NCBI GenBank assembly: GCA_019058365.1
Contig: JAHPZE010000041.1
Span: 1 to 28,534, forward strand
Direction: 5' to 3'
Length of the DNA stretch: 28,534 bases
Source of the DNA: Promethearchaeota archaeon
GTDB taxonomy: Archaea; Asgardarchaeota; Lokiarchaeia; Sigyniarchaeales; SOKP01
Each line of letters opens with the position of its first letter. Within the stretch, counting starts at the first letter, position 1. Positions 9,109-18,775 of the stretch are shown here, in pieces. Position numbers and translations under genes: made by a program. Under the pieces are notes generated by a model. That model had not been told where the DNA came from. It saw nothing but the letters and a program-made list of their open reading frames with translations, and made no database searches.

Positions 9109-10326
9109 TTAAACTTCAAAAACTCTAATTATTTCTTCTTTTAAAAACTCTATTTCACTATCTTGAATATTTAATGGAGGTAATAAACGTATAAATTCTC
9201 TATTTACATTATACCCAATTAATATACCTGCTTCTAAAAATTGATTTTTAAATTTAAGAATTATTTCTTCACGTGTCATTCCATTGTATGGTTGAATTTG
9301 GATACCAAAAATCATCCCATATGACCTTATTTCTTTAATAAATGGTTGGTCGAGTGACCATAAGAAATCTTTTAACTTTTGGATCTTCTCCTTACTTCTT
9401 TCAACTATCTTCTCTTCATTAAATACATTGACTACTGATTTAACGACTGCAGCTCCTAAAGGATCCAATTGATGAGACTGTACGTAATATAATTCAGCTG
9501 GAGTTAATTTTGATTCTAAAAAAGAATTAGTTATTATCGCACTTACAGGATACCCATTACCAAGAGCTTTACCAAGCACAACTACATCTGGTATAATTTC
9601 AAAAAGTTGATATCCAAATTTATAACCTGCTCTTCCCATACCCGTTGTAACTTCATCTATGACAATTAAACCTCCTGAATTCTGTATTTTTTCGCAGATA
9701 TATCGTATAAATTGCTTGCAAGGTTTATATACACCTCCACTTACCATTACCGGTTCTAAAACAAAACATGCAAACTCAGAGGAATAATTTTGAAAAACAT
9801 CATCAATAATAGGTTGATATATCTCAAGACAATTACATTGTTCTGAATCGCATAATGGATAAGGAATTCTTAATTTTGAATCTTCTGAAGAAGTATAAGA
9901 TGAGCTTTTAGCTGTGCCGTATGCTCCCAAATAAGAATCTTGGAGAGAAAGTACTCTTTTACGCTTAGTTATCTTTTTAGCGAAATTAATTCCGAATTCC
10001 ATTGCTTCAGTGCCGCTATTTAAAAATGTTAACGTATCATACTTATTTGGGAAAAACTTTAACAATTCTTCAGCAGCTTCAAGTGTAATAGGCGTGAGAA
10101 AACCCTTATTTCGATGAATAATTTCGTTCAATTGCTTTTTCATATCGTGAATTACTCTTGGATGATTATGACCTAAATTCACACACCACATACCTGATTC
10201 GCAATCTAGATATTTTTTTCCATGGGTATCCCAAATCCACGAACCTTCTGCTTTATTGAGTAGAATAGGTTCAAAGGAATTTGTTTTAAGGATTTGATTC
10301 ATTATTTTTTTCCTATTGAAAATCAA
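9109..10326 (-). CDS. Class-III PLP-dependent aminotransferase (ArgD/GabT-like)
   Basis: KAEGSWIWDTHGKKYLD, NLGHNHP, NSGTEAME, IDEVTTGMGRAG, LGKALGNGYP (PLP lysine), RLLPPL. The exact start is uncertain (alternative ATG at 10302). Confidence 0.92.
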   Translation of the reverse strand: MIFNRKKIMNQILKTNSFEPILLNKAEGSWIWDTHGKKYLDCESGMWCVNLGHNHPRVIHDMKKQLNEIIHRNKGFLTPITLEAAEELLKFFPNKYDTLTFLNSGTEAMEFGINFAKKITKRKRVLSLQDSYLGAYGTAKSSSYTSSEDSKLRIPYPLCDSEQCNCLEIYQPIIDDVFQNYSSEFACFVLEPVMVSGGVYKPCKQFIRYICEKIQNSGGLIVIDEVTTGMGRAGYKFGYQLFEIIPDVVVLGKALGNGYPVSAIITNSFLESKLTPAELYYVQSHQLDPLGAAVVKSVVNVFNEEKIVERSKEKIQKLKDFLWSLDQPFIKEIRSYGMIFGIQIQPYNGMTREEIILKFKNQFLEAGILIGYNVNREFIRLLPPLNIQDSEIEFLKEEIIRVFEV

Positions 10327-10398
10327 TTATATTTAATAGCCTAGTGAATTAATTTAATATCTTTCTAAAATCTATCTTTAGATTATATCCTTTCAGCT

Positions 10399-10644
10399 AA
10401 AATTGATAAAATATTATTTCCAAAATAGAAAAAATTCTTTTAAAATCGAATTTTTATCTCCATAATGATTAAAGAAATTGAGTCACAATATCAAAATATA
10501 ATAGAACATTTTCCTAACACAGTAACTATTGAAAATAAAATTACTCACATTAAAATTGAATTAATTCAGGGAATCATTTTAGAAATTGATTATTCTAAAT
10601 ATCCTAAAAAACCAAAAGTTAAACTTATTAACCAAACAGGGAAA
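10399..10644 (+). repeat. Direct repeat copy 2 (intact locus)
   Basis: Partner of 8336-8580; offset 2064 bp in the coding part. Confidence 0.93.
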
Positions 10645-11130
10645 GTATATAAAAAATTAAGTAATGATATCGCTTCTTTACAAAATTGGAAAATAGATAA
10701 GACTAAGTCTATTTTACTTGTTATTAATGAAATTATTTTAATTTTAAAAGATCTTCAATCAAATATAGTTAAAATAAAAAAGGAGTTATTAATTGGATTT
10801 TTAGCATTATGTCGGGAGCATCATCCAAAAGAATTTGTAGGAATCCTTAAAATGGATAAAAATGTATTTACTGAATTTATATTGCCACCAGGTGCAGTTA
10901 CTTCAAGAACTACAGGAGTATTTTTTCCAGGTAGAATCCCAATAAATCGAGATTATCAAGGAACAATTCATTCACATCCATCTGGAAACGTAATCCCTTC
11001 ACTTCAAGATTTAAATAGTGTATTTAAAGGCAATAGATTTCACTTTATAGTAGGATTTCCATATACTTTAAATAATATTAAATGCTACGATAAAAATGGC
11101 AAAGAGCTTCAATTTAAAGTGCTTGATTAA
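10465..11130 (+). CDS. UBC/UEV/RWD-like N-terminal domain fused to JAB1/MPN+ (JAMM) metallo-isopeptidase
   Basis: The C-terminal half has an intact JAMM motif: HPKE...GTIHSHPSGNVIPSLQD. The N-terminal half has LEIDYSKYPKKPKV and SLQNW..SILLVINEI, resembling the UBC/RWD fold, with no Cys. The JAB call is firm; the UBC-like call is tentative. Confidence 0.8.
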   Translation: MIKEIESQYQNIIEHFPNTVTIENKITHIKIELIQGIILEIDYSKYPKKPKVKLINQTGKVYKKLSNDIASLQNWKIDKTKSILLVINEIILILKDLQSNIVKIKKELLIGFLALCREHHPKEFVGILKMDKNVFTEFILPPGAVTSRTTGVFFPGRIPINRDYQGTIHSHPSGNVIPSLQDLNSVFKGNRFHFIVGFPYTLNNIKCYDKNGKELQFKVLD

Positions 11131-11226
11131 TATATCATTATTTTTTCAAGATTAGGAAAAACTTGAATTCATAAATTTCCTTATGTCGAATTCATTAAGA
11201 TAAAAAACTAAAAATAACGATATTGT

Positions 11227-13422
11227 TCAACTTATCACGTTTTTTATTTTTTCAAGTGATATTCTAGCCATCAAATAGCACACTGTGGATTCAGCACCCT
11301 GATTTAGATTAACACTGTCTTTTTCTACACCATCATAACATCCACAAAAAGTATCATCATACACAACTTGCTTTAATGTATTTCTCCCTAAAAACCATTC
11401 AAAAGCCTTTAAAGCAAGTTTACTATAACGTTCTTTTTTTGTGACTTTATAAGCTTGAACTAATGTCTGTACCATTGAAGAAGTATTAATAGGTTGTTGA
11501 TCATATAGAGCTCTCTTACCTGATTTTTTATACCAACCGTTTTGACCAATAGGAACATAAAAACCATTAATAAAGTTTTGATTTATCAAAAATTCTAAAG
11601 ATTGGGTTGCAATTCTTAAATATTTTTTATTATTGGTTAATTTAAAACTATAAAAGAGAGCTTCGGATAATTTACTATTGGAGTAGGTAAGATAATTTTC
11701 GAACCATTTCCATTCTCCTTTAGCATGTTCTTCATAAATATTAACTAAGAAATCAGATAGTTTGTTAATTATTTCAATGTCGATATTAGTTGATTGATGT
11801 GTATAATACAATCCAATTATGGCAAAAGCTATTGCTCTTGGAGACTTGACTTTTTCAATTATACCAATACCTTTATTAAATAGTTCCAATGCTTTTACTC
11901 TTAAGGTTTTAGGGAGTTCTTCAATTGATTGAATATATCCTAAAGCCCATAAAGTTCTACCATGAGCATCTTCACTCCAGTGTGATAAATCAATCTTTTC
12001 CCTTTTTGTTACAAAATTGTAAAATCTTAAATTATATGTAATATATTCTATAAAGTTTAAATAAATCCGAATGAGATTTAATGTAGCCTTATTCTTAAAT
12101 TTTTGATAATAATTTGCACTAACTATAAGAGCTCGTGCATTATCATCACTAGAATATCCAGATTCAATATCTGGATTTGTGAATTTGGAAAACTGAATCA
12201 TTCCAAAATTATTGGTAAGTTTTTTAACATGCTTTAAATTAATTGGGGGTACTGAAAACCTACATTTATTTAATTCAGGATTTATTTTTTTAAACAAATT
12301 AAAATAAGTGATTGCAACATTAGGCCAAATAGAATTCCTAGTATAGGAATAAATGTTGAATTCTATAGTTCTTTTAAATTCAGGAAAAGAAATTAATTTT
12401 TTAATTGCTCTTGTAAATAAAGAGGCATCTTTAAAATTGACTAAAATTCCTCTTTCAGGAGTTAAAAGATCTCTTGCGTGATAATAGGGGGTTGAAACTA
12501 TTGCTTTTCCACTAGAAGCAGCATAAGCAAGAGTTCCGCTTGTAATTTGGTAAGGATCTTGATTGGCAGAAAGAAATATATCTGTTACTTGTAAATAACG
12601 AATAATCTCTTCGATGCTTAAATACTTATTAATAAATTTAATATTATTTTGCAAATCTAATTTGTTTATTTTTCTTTTTAGAAAATTCCGATATTTTTCA
12701 CCCTCTTTTTCTTTTACAAGAGGATGGGTTGCTCCAATTATTAAATATAAGATATTCGGATATTCATTTATAAGGGGGGGCAGGGATTCAATAATGTATT
12801 CATATCCTTTTCCTGAATTTATCATTCCGAATGAACCTAATATAATTTTATTCTCAAAGCCCATAAGTTTTTTAAATTTTTGTCCCTCGTTAAAAGGAAC
12901 TGTTGGAGTTCCATGAGGTATAAGAACAATCTTGTCCTCATTAATTTTATAATCATCTCTTAAAATTTGTTTCCCAAGTTTGTTCATTATCACTAATTTT
13001 TTTGATAATTCCGAAATTTTTTTCAGAATTTTCCACATTTTTTGTTTTGGATTCGGTAAAATCGTATGCAATGTTGTTACAATTGGCTTTTGAATGGTTT
13101 CAAGAAATTCTAATAAGTATTCTCCATAATCACCTCCATATATTCCAAATTCATGCTGAACATTGACAATTTTGAATTTCTCAGTTGAATTAATTTTCTT
13201 TGCGATAATATTATAAGATTTGAGGTCTTCATCAATTATAGGATAAAGAACATTATCAGGATAAACTTTATAATCAGATTTCTTTTTAATAGCAATAATT
13301 TTAGAGGATAAAGAAGGATAATATTTATTATCCAAAGCTGAACTTAAATCTCGGGTAAATGTTGCAATTCCACATTCCCTAGGAGGATATGTTCCTAAAA
13401 AGCCAATCCAAAATCGATTCAT
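11227..13422 (-). CDS. GT4 glycosyltransferase fused to C-terminal (alpha/alpha)-barrel glycosidase-like domain
   Basis: GTYPPRECGIATF, QHEFGIYGG, IPHG, GKGYE, QITSGTLAYA; C-terminal GYSSDDNARAL, EDAHGRTLWALG, YDQQP, NLNQGAEST. Confidence 0.9.
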   Translation of the reverse strand: MNRFWIGFLGTYPPRECGIATFTRDLSSALDNKYYPSLSSKIIAIKKKSDYKVYPDNVLYPIIDEDLKSYNIIAKKINSTEKFKIVNVQHEFGIYGGDYGEYLLEFLETIQKPIVTTLHTILPNPKQKMWKILKKISELSKKLVIMNKLGKQILRDDYKINEDKIVLIPHGTPTVPFNEGQKFKKLMGFENKIILGSFGMINSGKGYEYIIESLPPLINEYPNILYLIIGATHPLVKEKEGEKYRNFLKRKINKLDLQNNIKFINKYLSIEEIIRYLQVTDIFLSANQDPYQITSGTLAYAASSGKAIVSTPYYHARDLLTPERGILVNFKDASLFTRAIKKLISFPEFKRTIEFNIYSYTRNSIWPNVAITYFNLFKKINPELNKCRFSVPPINLKHVKKLTNNFGMIQFSKFTNPDIESGYSSDDNARALIVSANYYQKFKNKATLNLIRIYLNFIEYITYNLRFYNFVTKREKIDLSHWSEDAHGRTLWALGYIQSIEELPKTLRVKALELFNKGIGIIEKVKSPRAIAFAIIGLYYTHQSTNIDIEIINKLSDFLVNIYEEHAKGEWKWFENYLTYSNSKLSEALFYSFKLTNNKKYLRIATQSLEFLINQNFINGFYVPIGQNGWYKKSGKRALYDQQPINTSSMVQTLVQAYKVTKKERYSKLALKAFEWFLGRNTLKQVVYDDTFCGCYDGVEKDSVNLNQGAESTVCYLMARISLEKIKNVIS

Positions 13423-13634
13423 AGCGTATTCTCTATTACTATCTATTAATGTTTCGCTTAAAAATCTATGGATAAAAAATTATAAATATTAGAATTATAA
13501 AGGACAACGGATTTTGCTCTTAAAGAGATTTTTAAAAAAGCAAATCATTTTTTTATCCAAATGTTTATATAATATTATATCGATTCCTAAATTTAAGAAT
13601 GGTTTAAAATCGCGAGGATTTTATTCTTATAATC

Positions 13635-14858
13635 TTAATCTACTGCCCAAATTTTCAGTTCCCCCTCTTTATTACGAAAAATAACTTTATTCTCCCTTGC
13701 TAACCATCCAATAGCCATCATTAAGAGATCTTGTTTATCACTATAATCTTTCTTCAATTGTGTCAAAGAAATTTCATTTTCATAGGCTATTTCATATATT
13801 TCTCCTGCTAAAAATCCAATTTCTGCATCTAAAGTCGATTTAGACTTCACCAAATCTTTTATTAAATCTCTTAATACTAAAGAAACTACAGCAACATATT
13901 TATCAGCAGCACCATAATATATATAAAGCCTATCATCAAAGATAGCAGTTCCCGTGGGAAAAACTACATTATCCACATCTCCAAACTTTTCATATTGTTC
14001 TAAGGGTGAAAAAAGAGGCTTTTCTAAACGTCCAATTACATTAAAGGGAGGCGTTTTATCTAGTAGTACTGCGTTTGCTCGATAAATTTGTCCCGCATTT
14101 GAATCTTCTACGGCATGATATATTAACAACCATCCTTCTTCAGTCTCAATTAAAGGAGCTCCTGCCCCAATATTTCTGGATTCAAATCCAAACTCTGGTT
14201 CTATAATAACATAATCCCCTAATTTCGTTAGATAAGTTTCCCAATATTTCGGATCTTTTAATTGTTCAAATTTATCAAAGTAAATAACTTGAATATCTGG
14301 TAAAATCCGATGAACTAATGCAAATTTGCCATTAAATTTTTGAGGAAAGATAAAGCAATCCTTTTCCCATAACAGCACATCTGGAGCAGTTATTTCTTTT
14401 ATATAAGAAACAAAGAGAAAATATTTAGATTTTAACCGAGATAATTTAAAAAAATTTTTTGCATCTTCATAGAGGATAGAGGGTGTTATTAATCCATGTT
14501 TAGTCCAATTTATTAAATCTACACTTGTTGCATATGCTACTCTTGCATCCTTTCCATCGTATGCTGTATAGAAAAGGTAATAAATCCCATCCAGAAATAC
14601 AATCCGAGGATCTTCTACTCCGTGAATCTCATAATTATATTCTGGATATAATATTGGTTCTTTTTTTCTCTCAATAATATTCATGGGACCATCTAACTTG
14701 CAATACCCAATACTTGAATAATTACCTTGCCTCACAGCACGATAAAAAAAATGCAAATTATTACCCTCTTGGTATATTGTAGGATTTAAAACAGCTTGAT
14801 TTTCGAATTCTAATTCAGTAGCTTCGAGAAGAATACCTTCTCTTTTAATTTTTATCAT
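13635..14858 (-). CDS. GH130-family glycosidase/phosphorylase with C-terminal DUF2582-like winged helix
   Basis: AVLNP, YRAV, GVEDPRI, YTAYDG, GWLLIYH, GDVDNVVFPTG, YYGAAD; tail IGFLAGEIY..LMMAIGWLARENKV. Confidence 0.88.
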   Translation of the reverse strand: MIKIKREGILLEATELEFENQAVLNPTIYQEGNNLHFFYRAVRQGNYSSIGYCKLDGPMNIIERKKEPILYPEYNYEIHGVEDPRIVFLDGIYYLFYTAYDGKDARVAYATSVDLINWTKHGLITPSILYEDAKNFFKLSRLKSKYFLFVSYIKEITAPDVLLWEKDCFIFPQKFNGKFALVHRILPDIQVIYFDKFEQLKDPKYWETYLTKLGDYVIIEPEFGFESRNIGAGAPLIETEEGWLLIYHAVEDSNAGQIYRANAVLLDKTPPFNVIGRLEKPLFSPLEQYEKFGDVDNVVFPTGTAIFDDRLYIYYGAADKYVAVVSLVLRDLIKDLVKSKSTLDAEIGFLAGEIYEIAYENEISLTQLKKDYSDKQDLLMMAIGWLARENKVIFRNKEGELKIWAVD

Positions 14859-15209
14859 AATTAATTAATAACCTAAAATAAATAATTTAACATTTATAAA
14901 ATAATTAATCTCTAATCCTTAAATTCTTTGAAAAAAAATACAATTGATTCTGTAAAAGCGGATTCAACACCAAATATAAATCTGATACTGGGCATTATTT
15001 GATGTTAAAGTATTTTAGACAATAAAAACTTAAATTAAAACATCAATTTTTACCTAATTTTAACTTCCTTTTATATATTTTAACAAATAGTTGTAACATT
15101 TTAAATTAAAAAAATACTTTAAAAGAGCTCCCTATCAAACCTAATATTTAAATTTATTTTTCAATTATTTTCAATATTTTGTAAATGCGTTATATTACTT
15201 GAGATGTTA

Positions 15210-16433
15210 TTAAAGACGCTCTACCAATATTGAAATGATATTGTTCCCAAATCCTCCAAAATTGCATGTTATCCCCGTCTCAGCACCAGTAACTTGCCTT
15301 TTTCCTGCCTCTCCTCGTAATTGCCAAACTAATTCAACAACCTGTGCAACTCCAGTAGCTCCCAATGGATGTCCACGTGCCTTCAGCCCTCCTGAAGGAT
15401 TAATCGGTATTTTTCCGCCAATTTCTGTCAAACCTTCATGTGCTGCTTTAGCACCCTCCCCTTTTTTAAAAAACCCTATGTCTTCTGATTGAACGGCTTC
15501 AAGAATTTCAAAAGCATCGTGTAACTCAGCCACATCTATATCATCTGGGGTTTTTTTAGCCATTTTATATGCTTGAGAAGAGGCTAGTCTTAAAGCTTTA
15601 AGAGTAGTAATATCTTCCCGTTCATATACTATTTGAGTATCTGTAGCTTGTCCAACACCAGAAATTATAATTGGTGTGTCACAAAATTCCTTAGCTTTAT
15701 CAGCATTACATAGAACTAAAGCTGCCGCACCATCTGAAATGGGACAGATATGAAAAAGTCGTAAAGGGTCTGCTATTATTGGATTGGTTTTATCATCATT
15801 AAGGAAAGCATAAACATTATCCCAATTCCCCTTTCCTTTTTGAATGGCACTCTTCATAGAATCTTCGATAGTTCTTTGGAAATGTGCTATTGGATTTAAA
15901 GCTCCATTTTTATGATTTTTAATGGCAATATCCGAAATCCAATCAAGCTCAGCATCATATTTTTTAAGATAAGTTCGTGTCAACATCCCTGCAAATGAAG
16001 GGAGGGAAATTCCATGACTCCTTTCGGCTTCTGGATGTGTCAAAGTAGCTACATTTGAAGTCACATAACCTGGAGTTGTAATATGCGTCATTTTTTCACC
16101 ACCTACAACTAATACTAAATCACTCATTCCAGAAGCAATTGCTTGAAAACCAACTTTAACCGCTGATCCCCCACTTGCAGGACCATTTTTAATATGATCA
16201 GCAGCAGCAGGTAATAAACTTAATTTGTCAACAAGGGCACTTGCAATCCCAGATAAATTATTAAAAGCGGAAGGACTCATGGCACCAACATACACAGAAT
16301 TAAAGTCTTTATCATTAGTATTTGAATCTTCGATTGCCTCTAAGGAAGCTTCAGACATTAAATCAAGGAGTCCTTTATCTGGTAATGGTCCAAATTTTGT
16401 ATGTCCAACTCCAATTATCGCTACTGTTTTCAT
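15210..16433 (-). CDS. Thiolase-superfamily protein (SCP-x/archaeal type) lacking the nucleophilic Cys
   Basis: VAIIGVGHTKFG, CPISDGAAA, ELHDAF, NPSGGLKARGHPLGATG. KNGPASGG stands where ACASG is expected. Confidence 0.9.
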   Translation of the reverse strand: MKTVAIIGVGHTKFGPLPDKGLLDLMSEASLEAIEDSNTNDKDFNSVYVGAMSPSAFNNLSGIASALVDKLSLLPAAADHIKNGPASGGSAVKVGFQAIASGMSDLVLVVGGEKMTHITTPGYVTSNVATLTHPEAERSHGISLPSFAGMLTRTYLKKYDAELDWISDIAIKNHKNGALNPIAHFQRTIEDSMKSAIQKGKGNWDNVYAFLNDDKTNPIIADPLRLFHICPISDGAAALVLCNADKAKEFCDTPIIISGVGQATDTQIVYEREDITTLKALRLASSQAYKMAKKTPDDIDVAELHDAFEILEAVQSEDIGFFKKGEGAKAAHEGLTEIGGKIPINPSGGLKARGHPLGATGVAQVVELVWQLRGEAGKRQVTGAETGITCNFGGFGNNIISILVERL

Positions 16434-16589
16434 AAATTTTCACTATATTAAAATATATTCTTATATCATTCTGAATAATAAATATTTAAATTAAGTTATA
16501 AGTGCTAATTGTTTAGTAAAGATCTGAAACAATTAATATTATATACCCTAAATTAAATGTTGAGGATTATTGGAATAAAATTACAAGAT

Positions 16590-16901
16590 TTATTTATTTT
16601 TTCTGTAACTTTTTTCTATTAATTGAAAGATTTCTTCTTTATTTTCTATTGCAATCTCAGAACCTATGTCTACACATTCATCAGTTGGTTCAGGAATAGC
16701 TCCATCGTAGTGAATTATTTCTACTCCTTCTTCTTGGCACAGCTTGTTCACTTTTAAAAATAATTCTTCCATTGCTGGAAAAGGTTTAACTGTAACTAAT
16801 AAACATCATTTACCGTTTCTTTTTACTATTTTTCCAATCTCATTTATGCGACCCTACCCAAACTGAATTCGAGTTGGATTATAATAATTAAAATTTCTCA
16901 T
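16590..16901 (-). pseudogene. Iron-containing alcohol dehydrogenase remnant (two nonsense codons + large internal deletion)
   Basis: The frame from ATG 16901 reads MRNFNYYNPTRIQFG*GRINEIGKIVKRNGK*CLLVT..DGAIPEPTDECVD, a typical Fe-ADH N-terminus. TAG at 16854-16856, TGA at 16806-16808. It then jumps to a C-terminal-like EEIFQLIEKSY. Confidence 0.88.
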
Positions 16902-17030
16902 AATTCAATCAATTTTAGTTTTATTTGCTAGTTTATTTAATAATTATACTAACATTCTATTTACTATTAAATATCTTTATTATACTAATTTTATTTTGAA
17001 TTAAAAAAAGGAAACTAACCTGATAATTCC

Positions 17031-17555
17031 TTAGACGATATTAAGTTCAAATGACTTTAAAATACCAATCTGATTTACATATCGATTATCAAATAAGAAA
17101 GTCAAATTATAACTTCCAAATGGTAATATTGAGATTGTTCCATTAATATTATATGGACAAACACATCTGGTCACCCACTCTGTAGTAAGAATCTCTCTTA
17201 TTATTAGATTTGTATACGTAAAAGATAACTCTATTCTGAAATAATTAGGATCCCATAATGGTGGTCCACAGTAACTCAAAAGATTCTGATTAAATATAAC
17301 AGCTCTATTTATAACGTTAATTTCAATATCATTCCCTCCCACTCCACTGCAACCGTTTACTGAAAAATCAACACATATATTTCCATAACAATTAGATTTA
17401 GTGTTAGGACTATTTGACAATATAAAAAAACCAATTGAAGTTCCTATAATTACTGAACTTAAGATAACTGTCGAAATTATTACGATTTGAAGGTTTTTTA
17501 CTATTTTCACCACAAATATACTGATCAAAAAGTTATTTAAATAGGTATTGATCAA
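17031..17555 (-). CDS. Hypothetical membrane-anchored, Cys-containing beta-rich extracellular protein
   Basis: One N-terminal TM segment (IVIISTVILSSVIIGTSIGFFIL), six Cys including RCVCPY, and an LPFGSYNLTF strand motif. The true start is probably downstream (GTG near 17513/17510). Confidence 0.6.
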   Translation of the reverse strand: MINTYLNNFLISIFVVKIVKNLQIVIISTVILSSVIIGTSIGFFILSNSPNTKSNCYGNICVDFSVNGCSGVGGNDIEINVINRAVIFNQNLLSYCGPPLWDPNYFRIELSFTYTNLIIREILTTEWVTRCVCPYNINGTISILPFGSYNLTFLFDNRYVNQIGILKSFELNIV

Positions 17556-17647
17556 AAAGTTTTGGATTTAAAATTTCTTGAAAAAAAACAAATAGAATGA
17601 TGAAAATTATTCTTTATGAAATAAAAAATTTTTAGAAGGAATAAATT

Positions 17648-18550
17648 ATGTTGAAAGGAATTCATTTCTTATTAACATATACATGTAATTATACGTGTGA
17701 CCATTGTTTTTTATATTGTAGCCCAAATTCTCAAGGGACCTTTACAATTAAGCAAATTAGAGAAGTATTAAAAGAAGCAATAAAAATTGGGACTGTAGAG
17801 TGGATATATTTTGAAGGAGGTGAGCCCTTTTTATATTACCCAATAATGCTTCAGGGCCTTAGAGAAGCAAAGGAATCAGGATTCAAAACGGGAGTAGTAA
17901 CGAATTCATATTGGGCAACAAGTGTTGAAGATGCAGAACTATGGCTTAAACCTATTTCTGAAATAGGAATTTCAGAATTAAGTATTAGTAATGATACTTT
18001 TCATTATGGAACTGAGGAATTAAATTTATCAAAAACAGCTGAAAAAGTGGTAAAAAGTCTGAATCTACCTTCCTCTTCAATTTGTATTGATGAACCCACG
18101 GTAGAGAAGGGAATTGATAAAGATCAAGAAAAGGGAGAACCTGTGATCAAAGGAGGGGCAATGTTTAGAGGTAGAGCTATAGAAACTTTAACTGAAAGCT
18201 TACCTCGGAGATCATGGGAAGAAATGAATAAATGTCCCTATGAAGATTTAGAAGGGCTTGGAAGAGTCCATTTAGATCCATTTGGAAATGTGCACATATG
18301 CCAAGGATTGAGTATTGGTAATTTTTGGGAAATCCCTCTTGCTGAATTGATCGAGAACTATAACGCGAATTCTCACCCTATCTGTGGACCTTTGATCCGA
18401 GGGGGTCCTGCTCAATTAATAAGAGAATATCAAGTTGAGCATGAAGAAGAATATGTTGATGAGTGTCATCTTTGCTATCTTGCTAGACTTAACCTTTTAG
18501 ATAAATTTCCACATTATCTTGCCCCTAGGCAAGTTTATGGATTAGAATGA
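17648..18550 (+). CDS. Radical SAM protein with C-terminal Cys-rich (SPASM/Twitch-like) region
   Basis: CNYTCDHC, FEGGEP, VTNSYWA, then C..DPFGNVHICQG..C..CHLC. Confidence 0.93.
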   Translation: MLKGIHFLLTYTCNYTCDHCFLYCSPNSQGTFTIKQIREVLKEAIKIGTVEWIYFEGGEPFLYYPIMLQGLREAKESGFKTGVVTNSYWATSVEDAELWLKPISEIGISELSISNDTFHYGTEELNLSKTAEKVVKSLNLPSSSICIDEPTVEKGIDKDQEKGEPVIKGGAMFRGRAIETLTESLPRRSWEEMNKCPYEDLEGLGRVHLDPFGNVHICQGLSIGNFWEIPLAELIENYNANSHPICGPLIRGGPAQLIREYQVEHEEEYVDECHLCYLARLNLLDKFPHYLAPRQVYGLE

Positions 18551-18775
18551 GGAAATTATTGTTTACTTATAATTTTATTGCATTTTTTGAATAGATAAAT
18601 ATCTAACCAACATGTTAGATTTATCAATAGGATTTGAACGCTTAGGGTAATTCTACTGAATTTTTTTTATTTTAAATATTTAATTTTAAAAGAATTCAAA
18701 TACCTAAAATTTATTATTGTTTTATAAGTAATAAATATTCATTTTCCTTTTAAAATGATAAAAAACTGAATCACT

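Noticed and set aside
16806-16856. In-frame TAG and TGA as pyrrolysine/selenocysteine recoding
   Set aside because: The positions look like Trp and Arg/Lys sites (one substitution away), not catalytic residues, and the gene is also internally deleted.
18548-18600. UGA readthrough extension of the radical SAM protein
   Set aside because: The protein ends at a plausible C-terminus and the downstream frame is AT-rich and non-coding-like.
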